A stretch of DNA of 64,000 bases from Penicillus capitatus (lineage: Eukaryota > Plantae > Chlorophyta). Positions 10,661-23,367 of the stretch are shown here, piece after piece (position 1 is the first letter of the stretch; each line of letters begins with the position of its first letter). The DNA lies in assembly GCA_965649825.1 (NCBI GenBank), contig OZ287694.1:2135292-2199291 (forward strand), given 5' to 3'. The notes below the pieces were generated by a model. The model saw nothing but the letters and a program-made list of their open reading frames with translations, was not told where the DNA came from and did no database searches. A program made the translations under genes and the position numbers.

Positions 10661-12687
10661 TCACACTCTGGACTCGTCCGCGGCCACCTGCTCGTAGCGG
10701 CTGTTGAGAGCGCGTGCCTGCCGCGTCACCATCTGATCCATGTCTTCGACCGTCTCCGGCGTGGCCATCCCCAGGGTCTCCGGCAGGAAGGCGCAGGCCG
10801 CTCCCGTGCAGATGCAGACGCCTCCCAGCACCAGGAACGAGAAGTAGGACCCGAAGGAGCGGGCCATGACGGGGACGAACGACGACAGTATGCCGCCCAC
10901 GCGGGCCGCGCTGCTCGCGTACCCGATCGTGACGTTCCGCACCACCTGCACGCAGAACAGGGGAGGATCGCGGGGCAGTCCTCTCCGGAGTACCGTCGGG
11001 AAGATCTCGGAAGAGTAGAGAAAGGCGACAGCGTAGACGCCCGAGATGGCGAATCGGCAGACGACGACCAGGACGAGACTCAGCCAGTCGGGTGCGACGG
11101 CGATCAGCGAACAGGCGAAACCACCTGCACATCCACAGCCACCGTCAGGTCTCACGTTCCTCCGGATCGTCCAGAAACCCACCCAGAACGAAGCCCCAGG
11201 CGAAGAGCGGCTTCCTTCCGACTCGGTCCACCATGAGCATGTAGAATATGATGGCCGGAAACTCGATCGCAATCGTGTACAGGAATTTCGTGTAGAGAGA
11301 TCCGGGAATGAATTGAATCGCCATCGACAGGCCGTAGTAGACCAGCGACACCGCAGACCTGCATCCGTCGCGTCGAGAGATAAACAGACGCGGAGGGGAG
11401 CCAACCAGGACAGCAGGGTGATGAGGAGCCAGCCTCTCAGGACGGGATGCCTCAGAATCTGCGCGAACGTGTTGCCGACGGACGGAATGGTGATCATGTC
11501 GCGCAGCGGTTTCTCTGGGAGCTTCGTGTTGTTCCCGGATGCAAGTGCGGCCAGGACGGCCGTCGCCTCCCCTGCGGCAGGTCGAATGACAGCCGATCAC
11601 GCCATCGGACGCCGGAGCGCACCTTTGCGTCCCTTGATGAGCAGCCATCGGGGCGATTCCATCGTGAGGTCCCAGGTGACGATGTACACCAGCGTCAGCG
11701 TCCCGATCACGAGGAAAATCATTCGCCAGTACGGCAGCAGATACCCCAGGGCGGTCAGCAGACACGAACCCACTGCACAGCAGAGCGCCTCAGGAGACCG
11801 CGCCGACGCGGAAGGACGAACGTGATGCGAAGATCTGCAGAGCGATGAGCAGCCGGCCGCGCTTCGACGGTCCCAAAAACTCAGAGGCGATGACGAAGGA
11901 CGTCAACGCCGCGCCGCCGGACCCGACACCTGAACGCTCGAGTGCGTGACCATACAGAAAGACGCGACGGGAGGGTGACCGATGACTGTTCTGAAAATCA
12001 AATACCACCAGTAGGACGTGGCGACGGAGGTGGAAATACAGGCAAAGCCGCTGAGCGCCACCGTCGTGTACATGATCGTTCGCCGACCTGAGGGGAAGAG
12101 TGAGAGCGCGTGCGAGACGGCGACTGGGGACCGACCCATTCTGTCCGACAGGTAGCCGAAGAGCGAGGCGCCGACGAGGATCCCCGCGAAGAACATCCCG
12201 TCGACGATGCTCACCTTCCACTTGCTGCACTGCAGATCGAACTCCGATACGATGCTCATCTCTCTAGGCACACATGTCACTCTTTCAGCCGCCGTCCGTC
12301 TCACGCTTTAAAGATTTCTCACGGCCGTGTCCAGTTCCAGGCATCCCGTTTCAGCTGACAGAACTCGTGCGTGAATTCTTCGAGCTTCATCTGGTCCTTC
12401 GATCTCACGAGCTTCATGCAGTTCCGGTCTCTGACGGGGTCGACACATGTCCAGCTGTCGTGGTCCAGGGGGTTTAACTCGGCAAACGTCATGGCATATA
12501 TTTGCATCATCGTCAAAACCATAACTTGGTTGAACTGCGAACAGACAGGCACACGCAGTCACAGAGTCCTCTGCACTGGGGCCCTTTGGCTCACAATGAA
12601 ATAGAGTCGTTTCTGTTCGCGTCCGAACTCGCCGATGTATTGCTGGAAGGCATCGTCAACGCTGATGCCTTCGCTCGGACGTACCAT
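10661..12687 (-). CDS. MFS organic cation/carnitine transporter (SLC22/OCT family), multi-exon
   Basis: QQYIGEFGREQK, SIVSEFDLQC, GYLSDRMGRR, ASEFLGPSKRG, MVDRVGRK, SSEIFPTVVRN, FLPETLG. All junctions checked are GT-AG. Confidence 0.9.
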
Positions 12688-12819
12688 AGCGAACGTTCAC
12701 GCTTCGGAATTCAGGCGCACCGCAGCGGTGGCGATAAACACGGCAAAGCAGGAGAGAGTCGGGCCGGGCAGGAGATGATGAAATAGATAGGTACATCACA
12801 CGGTCCGCGATAGGCAAAG

Positions 12820-15256
12820 ATGAACCACCTGCGAAAGCAGAACGCCCTGCTGCGACAGGTGCGCCACCCACGATCGCTCTCATTCGAGGTCGGACGGGAC
12901 GACAGGTTACGGCGTACGTGACGCGGGAGTATCTCTACTCCGTGGCCGGAAAGGGCGTCGGATGGGCACGTGGCGCCACGCGTCGAGGATTCAGCGCCCA
13001 CACGAGACAGCATCCGCAGCAACAGGCATCGCGACGAACGGGTCGGGGATATTCGGAAGGGCGTGACCCTAGGCAGAGCACTTGAGAGACCTCAACGCCC
13101 GTGGACGCTACGAGGACGTCGTCAGCCACTTCGAGAGCGGGAGCATGGCGACGACCGAGGCGACGCTGGGGGAGTACGTCAAGGCGCTGGTGAAGCTCGA
13201 CCGGCTGGACGGTTCGTCGCTGATGACGACACTGAGAGTGAGCAGCTCTGGGAGTTGAGGGCGCTGTTTGATCGCTGAGATGTCAGCGAGGTGCGGACAG
13301 GGGTGGATCGGAAGGGTATCGGTCGATTCGGGACGGCGTGTCGAGGGCCAGTCGCATCGGACAGATTCCGCCGCCGTCGGGAGCGGAGGTCATGACCCGG
13401 GCGGTGGGATCGACACTGGGCTCCTCGAAGAACCCGATCCATATTCTGCAAGTGCGGAGGGGCGGGAGGCAGACGCGTGGCGTCCGAATGCGTGCGCGCT
13501 TCTAGGCGGAGCCGACGTTCAAGACGCAGCTGTGGAGGACCATCCGGACGTTGCTGCTGACGTTCGTGGTGCTCTCTGGACTGGGCGCGCTGCTGGAGGA
13601 CAAGGCGATGCCACGCGGCGTGCTGAACAATCCAGACGTGAAACCCCTCGTGCACTCCTCCACGCGGTTTGAAGACGTCAAAGGCGTCGACGAGGCGAAG
13701 GTCGGGACTCTCGCACTCGTGCAGCCGTCGGCATTCACTCGCTCTTTCGACGGCGCAGGCGGAGCTGGAGGAGATCGTGCACTACCTGAGAGACCCAGAC
13801 AAGTTCACGGCCCTGGGAGGCAAGCTGCCCAAGGTGAGGACCGGAGATCGGATGTCCGGTGACGGGGGGAGTGGAGTAGGGGGTGTTGTTGGTGGGTCCT
13901 CCGGGGACGGGCAAGACGATGCTGGCCAGGGCGATCGCCGGAGAGGCAGACGTGCCGTTCTTCTACTGCTCCGGGTCGGAATTCGAAGAGATGTTCGTCG
14001 GCGTGGGCGCACGGCGTGTTCGGGACCTCTTCTCGGCCGCCAAGAAGCACTCGCCCTGCATCGTCTTCCTCGACGAGATCGACGCCATCGGCGGCAGCCG
14101 GAATCCCAAGGACCAGATGTACATGAAGATGACGCTCAATCAGCTGCTGGTCGAGCTCGACGGCTTCAAAGTGAGCGACGCTGCCGATGGGAGTGAGTGG
14201 CCGAGGGCCGTGTGGATGCGAGGCGAACGAAGGGGTCATCGTTCTGGCGGCGACGAACTTTCCGGAGTCGTTGGACAGGGCGCTGGTCCGACCGGGACGC
14301 TTCGATCGGCACGTCAACGTGCCCAATCCGGACGTCGAGGGTCGCCGGCAGATTCTGGAGGCGCACTTCCGCAAGGTCCCTCAGCACAAGGACGTCGACC
14401 TCAAGGCATCCATCCCACCACTCGCCGTTCCGCCCCAACGCGTCGGGATGACGGGATGGACGTAGGTGATCGCACGAGGGACGCCTGGGTTCTCCGGAGC
14501 CGACCTGGCGAACCTCGTCAACGTGGCGGCGCTCAAGGCGGCGACCGACGATCGCAAGGCCGTCGACATGGCGGCACTGGAGTACGCCAAGGACCGGATC
14601 ATGATGGGCGCCGAGCGCAAGAGCGCCGTCATCACGGAGAAGAACCGACGACTGACGGCCTACCACGAGGGCGGCCACGCCCTGGTGGCCATCCACACGC
14701 GAGGCGCCATGCCGGTGCACAAGGCGACGATCGTCCCGCGAGGTGCGCGTCGCGGATGAGTGGGATCCCGGGCGAGGCGGAGTGTGTGTCTCCAGGGTCG
14801 GCGTTGGGTTTGGTCTCGCAGCTGCCGGAGGACGATCAGCTCAGCGTCACCCGTCGCGAGCTTCTGGCCCGGCTGGACGTGTGCATGGGAGGCCGCGTGG
14901 CGGAGGAGCTCATCTTCGGAACGGACGACGTCACCACGGGCGCCTCGAACGACCTGGAACAGGCCACCCGATTGGCCCGAGCCATGGTCACTCGCTACGG
15001 CTTCAGCGACAAGATCGGGCCCGTTTCCGTGAACTACGACGACCAGGGCAGCAGCATCAGCACCGAGACGCGTGCCGCGATCGAAGAGGAGGTGAAGAAG
15101 CTGATGACGCACGCCTACCAGCGGGTCAGGACCCTTCTCGAGTCCAAGAAGGACGAACTGCACGTCCTGGCCAAGGCGCTGCTCGACAGGGAGACGCTGA
15201 CGGGCACTCAGATTCGGGAGGTGCTCGAACAGCCCGCCGCAAACAAAACACGTTAA
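12820..15256 (+). CDS. FTSH4: Mitochondrial-type FtsH/i-AAA protease (FTSH4/YME1-like), multi-exon
   Basis: [19 protein letters not shown] Walker [11 protein letters not shown] Walker [12 protein letters not shown] (HExxH), [14 protein letters not shown]-terminal motif. Confidence 0.92.
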
Positions 15257-15283
15257 ACAGTGTTCGCGTCCTCCCCCGATCCG

Positions 15284-16036
15284 TCACGCTAATTCGGACG
15301 CCTCTCTCTCCTCCTCCGCCCTCTCCGCCTCCAGCTGTTCCTGAATCCTCTTCTTCACCGCCGCTCGACGTGCGCGCTGCTTCGCCTCGTACTCTTCGAC
15401 GAGAGACTTCGGATTCGGTTTGGGAAGCGGCTCTGCGAGACCGGCCTGCACGAGCAAACGGCGGCGGGCACGGGACAGACGCGATTTGCGCCGCGCGCCG
15501 GTGTTGCGGTGCAGCGTGCCTTTCTGCACGGCCTTGTCGATGGCCTTGAAGGCGTCGCTCATGAGAGGCTTGACATGGTCGAGCTCGGACTCGGCTCCGG
15601 GGGGTTCCTTGCGAAAGGCGTCGAACTCCTTGAGGACCTGAAAGCGAAGGAGTGAGAAGAGGTGCGAGAACGCGGGAATGCGAATGCCTTCTTCATTCGC
15701 TTCTTGACTGTGGTTTTGCGACTTTTGTTCTGGGCCCGACGCTTCTCCGACTGACGGTGACGCTTTTCGGCGCTCTTGGAGCAGCGCGTCGTGGTGGCGA
15801 ACGCGACAGCGGCAACGGGCCGAAGCTCGGACGACGCTGCACAGACGCATTTCAGTAGACGCGGACGCCGGCGCACCTGAAGGCGGACGACGTTGAAGGG
15901 GCCGGCCGCCGACGCTCTGGACGAACGAGAAACTCGGTCGAGGTGCGGCGGTGGACACGACTGCGGATCGCAGGAGCCGCGGTGTGGACGGGACGAGACA
16001 GATGCGTCCCAGAGCACGCGTGATCGCCAGGGCCAT
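15284..16036 (-). CDS. PRPS20: Plastid ribosomal protein bS20c precursor, 3 exons
   Basis: KSAEKRHRQSEKRRAQNKSRKTTVKKRMKK|VLK...AFKAIDKAVQKGTLHRNTGARRKSRL, plus a transit peptide. Confidence 0.9.
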   Translation of the reverse strand: MALAITRALGRICLVPSTPRLLRSAVVSTAAPRPSFSFVQSVGGRPLQRRPPSGAPASASTEMRLCSVVRASARCRCRVRHHDALLQERRKASPSVGEASGPEQKSQNHSQEANEEGIRIPAFSHLFSLLRFQVLKEFDAFRKEPPGAESELDHVKPLMSDAFKAIDKAVQKGTLHRNTGARRKSRLSRARRRLLVQAGLAEPLPKPNPKSLVEEYEAKQRARRAAVKKRIQEQLEAERAEEEREASELA

Positions 16037-16106
16037 ACCGCAGAGGAGACGATGATTCAAAAATGCGACGAAGTGACTGTGCTCGTGTACACTTGGTCGT
16101 CTCCTC

Positions 16107-17571
16107 TCAAACGGGTCCCTCGGTGTTCATTCTTGAGATGTACTTGTCGTAGTACTCTGCCGCCTTCTCGAACTCGCCCATGTCGGCGTAGATATCGGCG
16201 ATGGTGCCGTAGGCGTCGGAATCGCCGACGTGGTCGTCGACCTCGTCCGAGATCTGCAGGACGCGTTCGAGGTGCTTGATGGCCGTTCGGTACTCGCCCT
16301 AGACGCCAGAAGAGTGAGATGTCTGAGTGATGTGACGGATGGGTGACCAGGAGCCGGGCACAGGCCGCCAGACCGCGCACGGCTCGTCTTTCCTGTGTCC
16401 GATCGCGCAGTCCCTTGGCCAGCATGAGCGCCTTCTCGAATCGCACCATGGCTGCCGCGGCGTTCTTCTCCTTGAGGAGTTTCTTCCCCGTCTTCAGCGC
16501 ATCCCTGGAGGCACCCGTGATGGGACTGGACGGCGGGCAAAGACATCCACGCACCGGCAGTCGACGTGCTCCTCGGAGAGATCTTCATCGACGCTGCCCG
16601 TCAGCGCGGCGGCCGAACGCAGAGGCCGAGTCTCCATCACTGCACAGGCGCGGTCGCAAAGGCTGTCACATCAAGTACCCCCTCACTTTCGGAAGATGCA
16701 GGGGGCGCGGAGCTGGCGGCGTTGCCTGTCGGCGCGTAGGTGAGACCTGATCTCACACAGACCTGTTCCAGTCGAGGAGCGAGAAGCTAGTTGCGCGACC
16801 TGGCGCGTAGACAATGCCAAATCGAGCGTTCTGTCGCAGCGACATGTTGATCTTGCGCAGTCGTTCGTTGAGCCGTTCGAGTTCCTTTTTTCGGCGCCGA
16901 GCCGTGATCCCTGGGATATCATAAATCGCACTTCGACCCTCCGGGCCACTCTCGGACGACAGACCTCCGACGAGGGCACCGACCAGCGCCACCAGTTCCG
17001 TGATGCCGACGACATCGACTCCAAACGGCGTCGCGCAGAACTTTCCTTCTTTGGAGTTGGTCACCTGCACGCTCGCCTCTGCAGTTCTCATTCGAACAGC
17101 AAAAGAGGGACCTCTTCGTCGAACTCTTTCTCCTTCTGCGCGCGGATCTCGATCAGTCTCGCCTCCTCTTCTGCCAGCGGCCCCCGTCCACCTCACACAA
17201 CACGTCCTCCCACGTCACATCAAACGTTTAAAAAAGAGAGGCTCACACCTGTCTCCAGGAGAAACGGTCCGGCGTCTGAAGCCTCTTCCTGTGACAGGAA
17301 TCCAGCCAAGCCCGACACCAATCCCACTCCCACGAGCCTCCTCCGGCGCCACTGCACACCCTGATGCACGTCACACTCGTTCCCTCTTCAAAGTGGAGCA
17401 GCGAGCGACATCGGCCGCCGATGGTGTGGAGCTCAAAGGACGTGCTTTCGCTGGTCGCAACGCAGGCGACGGCACGACCGTCACTGGCCGCGTGGTCTTC
17501 GCCGTAGGCATTGCTCGATCGCCCATCGTGGAGCACGTGCCTGTCGTACGCCGCAGCCGTTTGTGCTCCAT
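16107..17571 (-). CDS. FLU: FLU-like (FLUORESCENT/FLP) TPR regulator of tetrapyrrole synthesis, multi-exon
   Basis: ALVGALVGG|ITARRRKKELERLNERLRKINMSLRQ, LKTGKKLL...FEKALMLA...ERRAVRGL, AYGTIADIYADMGEFEKAAEYYDKYI. Confidence 0.85.
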
Positions 17572-17601
17572 CTACTCATCCATCCCTATTCCGTTCTTCT
17601 C

Positions 17602-18452
17602 ATGGCACTGGGCGGAGCATTGCGTCCTGGGATTCACAACGGCGCCGTCAGACACCGTTCGAGTCTCGCCGTTTTGACCCGAATCCTCGAAGCCCTCCGT
17701 CTGCGCACTTTCTACTCTCTCTGCCGTTTCGCTGGGCCACTCGTCTCCTCGCCTCCCCCGGACAGGCGCCGACGCCAAAGGACCGTACGCCTCTCGCGTG
17801 CTCTCCAGCAACCGGAAGTGGGCGAGGCGCCGTCGGTGACGGTCGAGACGCTCGTGGCCCATCCCGTCGACGTTGTCTCGATACGCCGTCGCATCGACGG
17901 CAACGTCGTGCCCTACGTCGACGGGGACGACCTCGAAGTCCTCTCGCCAAAGCCCCTTCTCGAACGCCTCTGCATTCCGTTCGATGGTTTTCACTTCACG
18001 GATCTCGTCAAGGGGGAGACGGAGAATGGAGACGTCATCATTTCGGCGCACATTCCAACTGTCCGTTTCCTGGAGGGCTCGGGATTGTGTCTGGACGAGA
18101 TGGGACGTCAGCTGAGTCAGCTTGGACTCGTGGCCATCAGCGCCTGCGATCGAAGACGCGGCGACATGTTCTACGTCGCGACGGGGGCCTCGATGGAAGA
18201 GTTCCACGCACACGGCACGCCGCCACTTTCATCGACGCTCACGGGTCAGACGATATCCTCACTCTTCTTGATGTGACAGGCGTGTGCGATGCAGGATGTG
18301 TGAGATTGATGCGACTGCAGGCGCACGACGCTCAAGCGGAGATGGAGCTCTGGAGTCGATCGAACCTCATCTGCCGAATGACGGTCCAGTACGACGTCCT
18401 CTCCTCTTGGCAAGAAGTCCTGCCCGCGCTCTCCTCTCTTTCTTCGTCCTGA
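17602..18452 (+). CDS. Hypothetical protein (at least 2 exons)
   Basis: Long open frame 17563-18276 with coding-like composition, GT-AG intron ~18245-18279, second exon ends at 18452. No family recognised. Confidence 0.5.
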
Positions 18453-18768
18453 TTATCGCTCTCTCACTCTCTTGCACAACCTGCTCACGTACGGACGGAT
18501 GTCGAGACGAAACCAGAATCTGACACCGCTGAAGTCGCCGCATCTTCTGACCTGATTTTGCTGAACCTTTTCTCGCCTTGTAAATCGGACGCTCTCGTAC
18601 AGACGATGGACATTCGTGTTTGCCGGGAGGCAAGGGTGTCAAGTAGAAACTCATAGAAACTGAGTACCTAAGATTTCATTCTCATCTTGCAGTCATTCTG
18701 TCGTACCTGTCCCATCGCGCCGTACGACCACGACGCCCGTCGCCTTTCCTTCGGTCCCAGATTCGACG

Positions 18769-19599
18769 ATGTCGTCAGAGGCGCTGCGACGAAAGGCGAC
18801 GGCCCAATGCGTTCAGCTCATCTTCCGCGTCGTCGAGCGGCAGAGCCTTCCGCTGCCCGTCGCGGCGACCGGCAGCATACTCTTTCATCGCTTCTACGGG
18901 AGCTTCACCTTCGGACAGTACGACCGATTTCACGTCGCCGTCGCCTGCTGCTGTCTGGCAGCGAAGGTGCGACCGGACGGAGGAACGTCTTCCGCGCGCG
19001 GTGACGCTCACCTCTTCAGGTGGGATTCCGCTCCATGAGTCTGCGGGACCTGGTCATGAGCTGCCTGGACGAGCGCTACGACAGGGAGCGCAACGCAGAG
19101 CGTTTTCAGGAAACGTCGGTCTTGGCCCTCCGACGGAAGATCCACGACATCGAACAGATTCTGCTCCTCGACATCATCCACTTCGACTTCGACGTCTGGC
19201 TTCTCACTCTCTTGGTCAGACGATCTCACTCTTCTGTGCTGTGCAGCTGATTCAGGGCCCGCACTCGGACTTGGCCCAGGTGATGAGTCGGTATTCGGTG
19301 GAAGGACCGAAACAGTACCTGCTGCATCAAGTCGCATGGGCGCTGGCAAACGACAGCGCCTACACCACACTCTCCCTCACACTTTCGCCCATCCAGGTCA
19401 CTCCTCACCACCCCTCTCACTCCTCGCCCATTCGCGTCTGCAGTTGGCCAAGGGTCTGTTGGAGCTGGCCGTGGAGTGGTCCGAAGTCGAAGGTGTCGAG
19501 CTAGAAGGGCTGTGGGATTCGGAGGACGAGCATCTGTTTGTACAGCGTCGCGTGAAGTGTGAGATGACGCAGATCTATGTGAACAAGAGTGAGATTTAA
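18769..19599 (+). CDS. Transcriptional cyclin (cyclin K/T/L family), multi-exon
   Basis: VAATGSILFHRFY...VAVACCCLAAKV cyclin box, IEQILLLDIIHFDF, QVAWALANDSAYTTLSL. Confidence 0.8.
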
Positions 19600-20038
19600 C
19601 AGTATTTCTATTTATGTGGCTGTCTGTCATTCACACCCAACGAAATGTCTCTGGACAAACTCTCTTCTCACCCCACACGCACGCAGGCGACGAACAAACA
19701 CACAAACACAGAACCAAATGGACACAAGGCAGAATGCCTTCAGTTCAATCTTCAATCTTCGCGGGCGTCAGTTCTTAGGACAGTGAAAGGGAAGATTATT
19801 TTGGCTTGTAGCATGCATGATCATTGTTATTACGGCTGTTTCGTTCCATTCACTAGAAATCGCCCCTTTCACTCACACACTTTCTCACACATCAAACAAC
19901 AGGAAAGGACAGTTAGTATATGCACAAACGATTACACCAGGAAAACATAGGAAAGGATAACAACAACAATTGACATCGTGAAAGGCTACTCGTACACCAA
20001 TCCTTGATAAACAGGAGTCAACAAAGGACACTCAAATG

Positions 20039-21235
20039 CTAAAGATCGTGAGGTAAAACAATGCGTTGATGAAAGGTTTTTGAATTTGTTTGTTCGGGTT
20101 CGACCGTTATGCGGTAAGCACTGGTTAATCTCGATTCCTTCACTGCGGGAAATGCTCCTGTCGCCGGAGACACTGCATTGCCGATGAGATCCTCATATAC
20201 ATTCGGTAGGATAAACGCCTCCGTCTCCGGCATTGATTTATCTTTGCCCCATCTTCCCAGTCGCTGCGGAAACTCGACACTGGGCGAGGGATGAAACTGC
20301 GCACAGGAAGACGATCCATTCTGATTCGCCGCGCTGGTGCGGCAGACAACAGGATTCCAGACAGAGGATGAGCGGAACGGTTCGAAGTATGATGGTCGAT
20401 CGATGGCTGGCAGTTCGGTTGGCGGACGATGGGCGTACTGCGAAACGAAGTTCTGTGTCAGAGTCGTGAACTGACTGTAGCAGTCTGAATTGCCGCTTCC
20501 CCACGTCTTCCACTCCTTCAGGCCGCCCAGAGCATTCTCCTTCTCGCTCGGCTTATTCTCTGACGGCGGCGGCGGTACATGAAATGACGTCTCTTTCTTC
20601 TCGGACGTCAACGAGCTCACTCTTTTCCATGGACGATGCACGGCATCATGCTGCGCATTGATCGGATGTGACGGATGGATATAGGCAGCGTCGATGTCCC
20701 GGGTCAGACAGGAATCCTTTTCTGAGGTGGGCGACGATGCTCCACACCATGTGCCTCGACTGGGACTCGATGCTTCCGACTGCGGGCTTCCAGCTTTTCG
20801 AGTGATGACGGGCTTCAGCACAACGGAGGCTCCAGGGGTCACATCAAATCGCTCGAAGACAGCATCGACGGGCTGCAGCACCTCGGCAATCATCTTCGCC
20901 GCGCGACTGAGCTTCTCGCGCGTCTCGGCGAACACGACGGCGTGGAGGGAGGGGTCGGTGTAAGAAGGATGCGTGCCGTTTAGGTTTCCCTTGCCGTCGT
21001 GGACCTCCACTCGCGCCCCCGAATCCGTCTGAATCTTCTTCAACGTGCATCCTCCATGTCCGAGTAACTGTCCAACGAAATTTAGACCGTCTCCCTGCTT
21101 CGCTGCCAAATACTCCACGGGGCCGTACGGTGGCCGAGGAAAGTAGACACGAAACGTCAGACGCCTGGCGTTGGCGTGGGAGCAATGACTGAGCCCCAAC
21201 TGGCGCAATTTCTGCTCGAGTCGATCCTGAGGCAT
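20039..21235 (-). CDS. SF1/QUAKING-type KH-domain RNA-binding protein, intronless
   Basis: LNFVGQLLGHGGCTLKKIQTDSGARVEV...LHAVVFAETREKLSRAAKMIAEVL, followed by a low-complexity tail. Confidence 0.75.
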   Translation of the reverse strand: MPQDRLEQKLRQLGLSHCSHANARRLTFRVYFPRPPYGPVEYLAAKQGDGLNFVGQLLGHGGCTLKKIQTDSGARVEVHDGKGNLNGTHPSYTDPSLHAVVFAETREKLSRAAKMIAEVLQPVDAVFERFDVTPGASVVLKPVITRKAGSPQSEASSPSRGTWCGASSPTSEKDSCLTRDIDAAYIHPSHPINAQHDAVHRPWKRVSSLTSEKKETSFHVPPPPSENKPSEKENALGGLKEWKTWGSGNSDCYSQFTTLTQNFVSQYAHRPPTELPAIDRPSYFEPFRSSSVWNPVVCRTSAANQNGSSSCAQFHPSPSVEFPQRLGRWGKDKSMPETEAFILPNVYEDLIGNAVSPATGAFPAVKESRLTSAYRITVEPEQTNSKTFHQRIVLPHDL

Positions 21236-21572
21236 CGTCTGGGGTAGGGTCTTCCGTTCTTTTAAAGATGAGGTCTCCGGTCTTGGCACCGTTCGTTCGA
21301 CGTTCGGGAAAAGTTCTCGATGGAAACGTTCAGAATAGTGAAGCGATATTCCTGGGGTCAGGATTGTTCTAAATACGCCTCTTCAGGATGCGAACAGCGG
21401 CGGGTTCGGCAAAAGCAATAAGCTGATGCAGACACGTGATAAGATACGTGACACGACGTGCCGAACACGTAGCATTGTCCTTCGCTCGATGACCTCACCT
21501 TCACGTACGCTTCGCGCATACGGCTGTATACATTAACAAAACACTCTACATTCTGAGCAGCAACGTAAGAGC

Positions 21573-23367
21573 ATGGCGACGCGTGTGACGGGATGGGGCG
21601 TGAGGTCCGTCGTTTGCTGCTGCGTGGCGCTGCTGAGGAATGCGACACGGCAGACGACCGCCGGAACGGTTTGGAAAGGCAGAGCGCGGCGTGGTTGTGG
21701 CGTGAAGGAATGGAGGGTGACGCTGTGCGACGAGCCGCGTCGACGGTAGCGTCCGACAGCGGCTCCGTTTTACTCTTCGGCGCGACGGGACGCATCGATC
21801 GCGCCGAGCTATAAACAGGTCCGTCTGTCTAGCCGGCCTCATGGGACGAGCGGCTGAGACGACGATTCTGAATTCGGTCGATCTCGTGCCGGACATGTCC
21901 TGGACGGGCGCGTCGATCGGTGCATCGACGAGTCGCATCACGCCGGACGCAAACGGGATTCGCATGGAGGGGACTCTCGAGCAAGGAGTGAGACATCGAT
22001 CATGCGAGCGTGCGGCGACGATGCGCCATGCAGGAAAGAGTGAGAGATCTGACGCCGAAAGGGACGATTCGGTGGAGAGACAGCTGTTCACTGGATCTCG
22101 CAGGAGCAGACGGGCTAACCTTTTCTGTCAGAGGCGACGGACGCTCACACTTCATCACACTGCAAAACGTCAGTCACATCGCTCACTCTTCCCTGTCTCA
22201 GTCATTGAATATGTCTCCCCGTGCAGGACGAAACAGGATCGCATGAACAGAGTTTCTTTGCAGCTTCCTTCGACACGGTCCCTCCTCTCAGACGTCGCTG
22301 TCATCTCATCTATGGATGATGCTTGCTGTCTAGGTGGACGGGCAATGGACGGAAGTCAAAGTGCCGCTGCATCAGTTCCGTCTTGTGAAGCAAGGAATTC
22401 CGGACGAGACTGCCATCCTCGCGCCCTCCACCACTGCCAGACTCGGATGGGTGGGTACCTTCTCTACAAGATGACGATCTCGCCATATCTGTCTTTCTCA
22501 GATGAGCAGTACGAAAACGGTCGACGGCTTTCCGAGCAGAAAGAGCCCCGCCGGGGAGTTCTCCTTCTCAGTTGCCTCCGTTTTGACCTACAGAGCTGCG
22601 CGGCCACAGGTGCCCGTCGCTATCACACCAGACATTGATCTTTGAGGGGACGGTTCTGCTGTTGCAGTTGGTGCACTTGTCGTCGGCTGGCCAAGAGCGC
22701 AGTGCGCGCATCGGTGAGAGCATAGATCGACGCAATGAAGAGACAGTGCCGATCATGCGCCTAAATCCTGGAGGTGTCCTGAACCACAAGTTCGAAGGCA
22801 ACAGCACCGTGCGCTGCTCCACTCTGCCCTACACCATCGTCTGTCCCAATGGTCAGTCAGCACCCTCTGATTGCTATGTGCCGCCTCGAGTGCCTTCGTT
22901 ACGACCAGGGTTCATCAGCGGAGAACTGGAGACAGGAGATCTGACGCCAGACCTGCTGGAGTTCTCCCAGGGTACGCCGAGATAATGACAGCGAGGGAGA
23001 GATGTGAGGTCGGTGGCGTATAGGGGACACGACTGCTGGCCGTTTGAGACTTGTCGAGTTGGCTGAGGTGATCTTGCAGTGCCTTCAGAAACCCGAAGCC
23101 GTGTCCAAGACATTCGAAGTGCGTCGTTCGCCCGGGATTGACGCCAAGAACAAATCCATGACCGACGCCCACTATCTCCGACAATTCCTCACCCTCAGCA
23201 ATGGTATCGATTCCTGGATCCCCCGCCTTTCTCTGACGGGCGGGTGTGTGTGGCAGACGAGGACCGACCAAGAGTGGGATTGCCTCCCTATCCGGAACCT
23301 GTATCGGTGGACGCTCCAGTGTGGCGCGGCGGCCGCAAAAACGAACGCCCGGACGAAGCTCTGGTGA
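21573..23367 (+). CDS. Degenerate HCF173-like (NAD(P)-binding/CIA30) gene, possibly a pseudogene
   Basis: VLLFGATGRI, LDLAGADGLTFSVRGDGR (CIA30), MRLNPGGVLNHKFEGNSTVRCSTLPYTIVCP, LAEVILQCLQKPEAVSKTFEV. The frame stops right after GATGRI. Confidence 0.6.
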
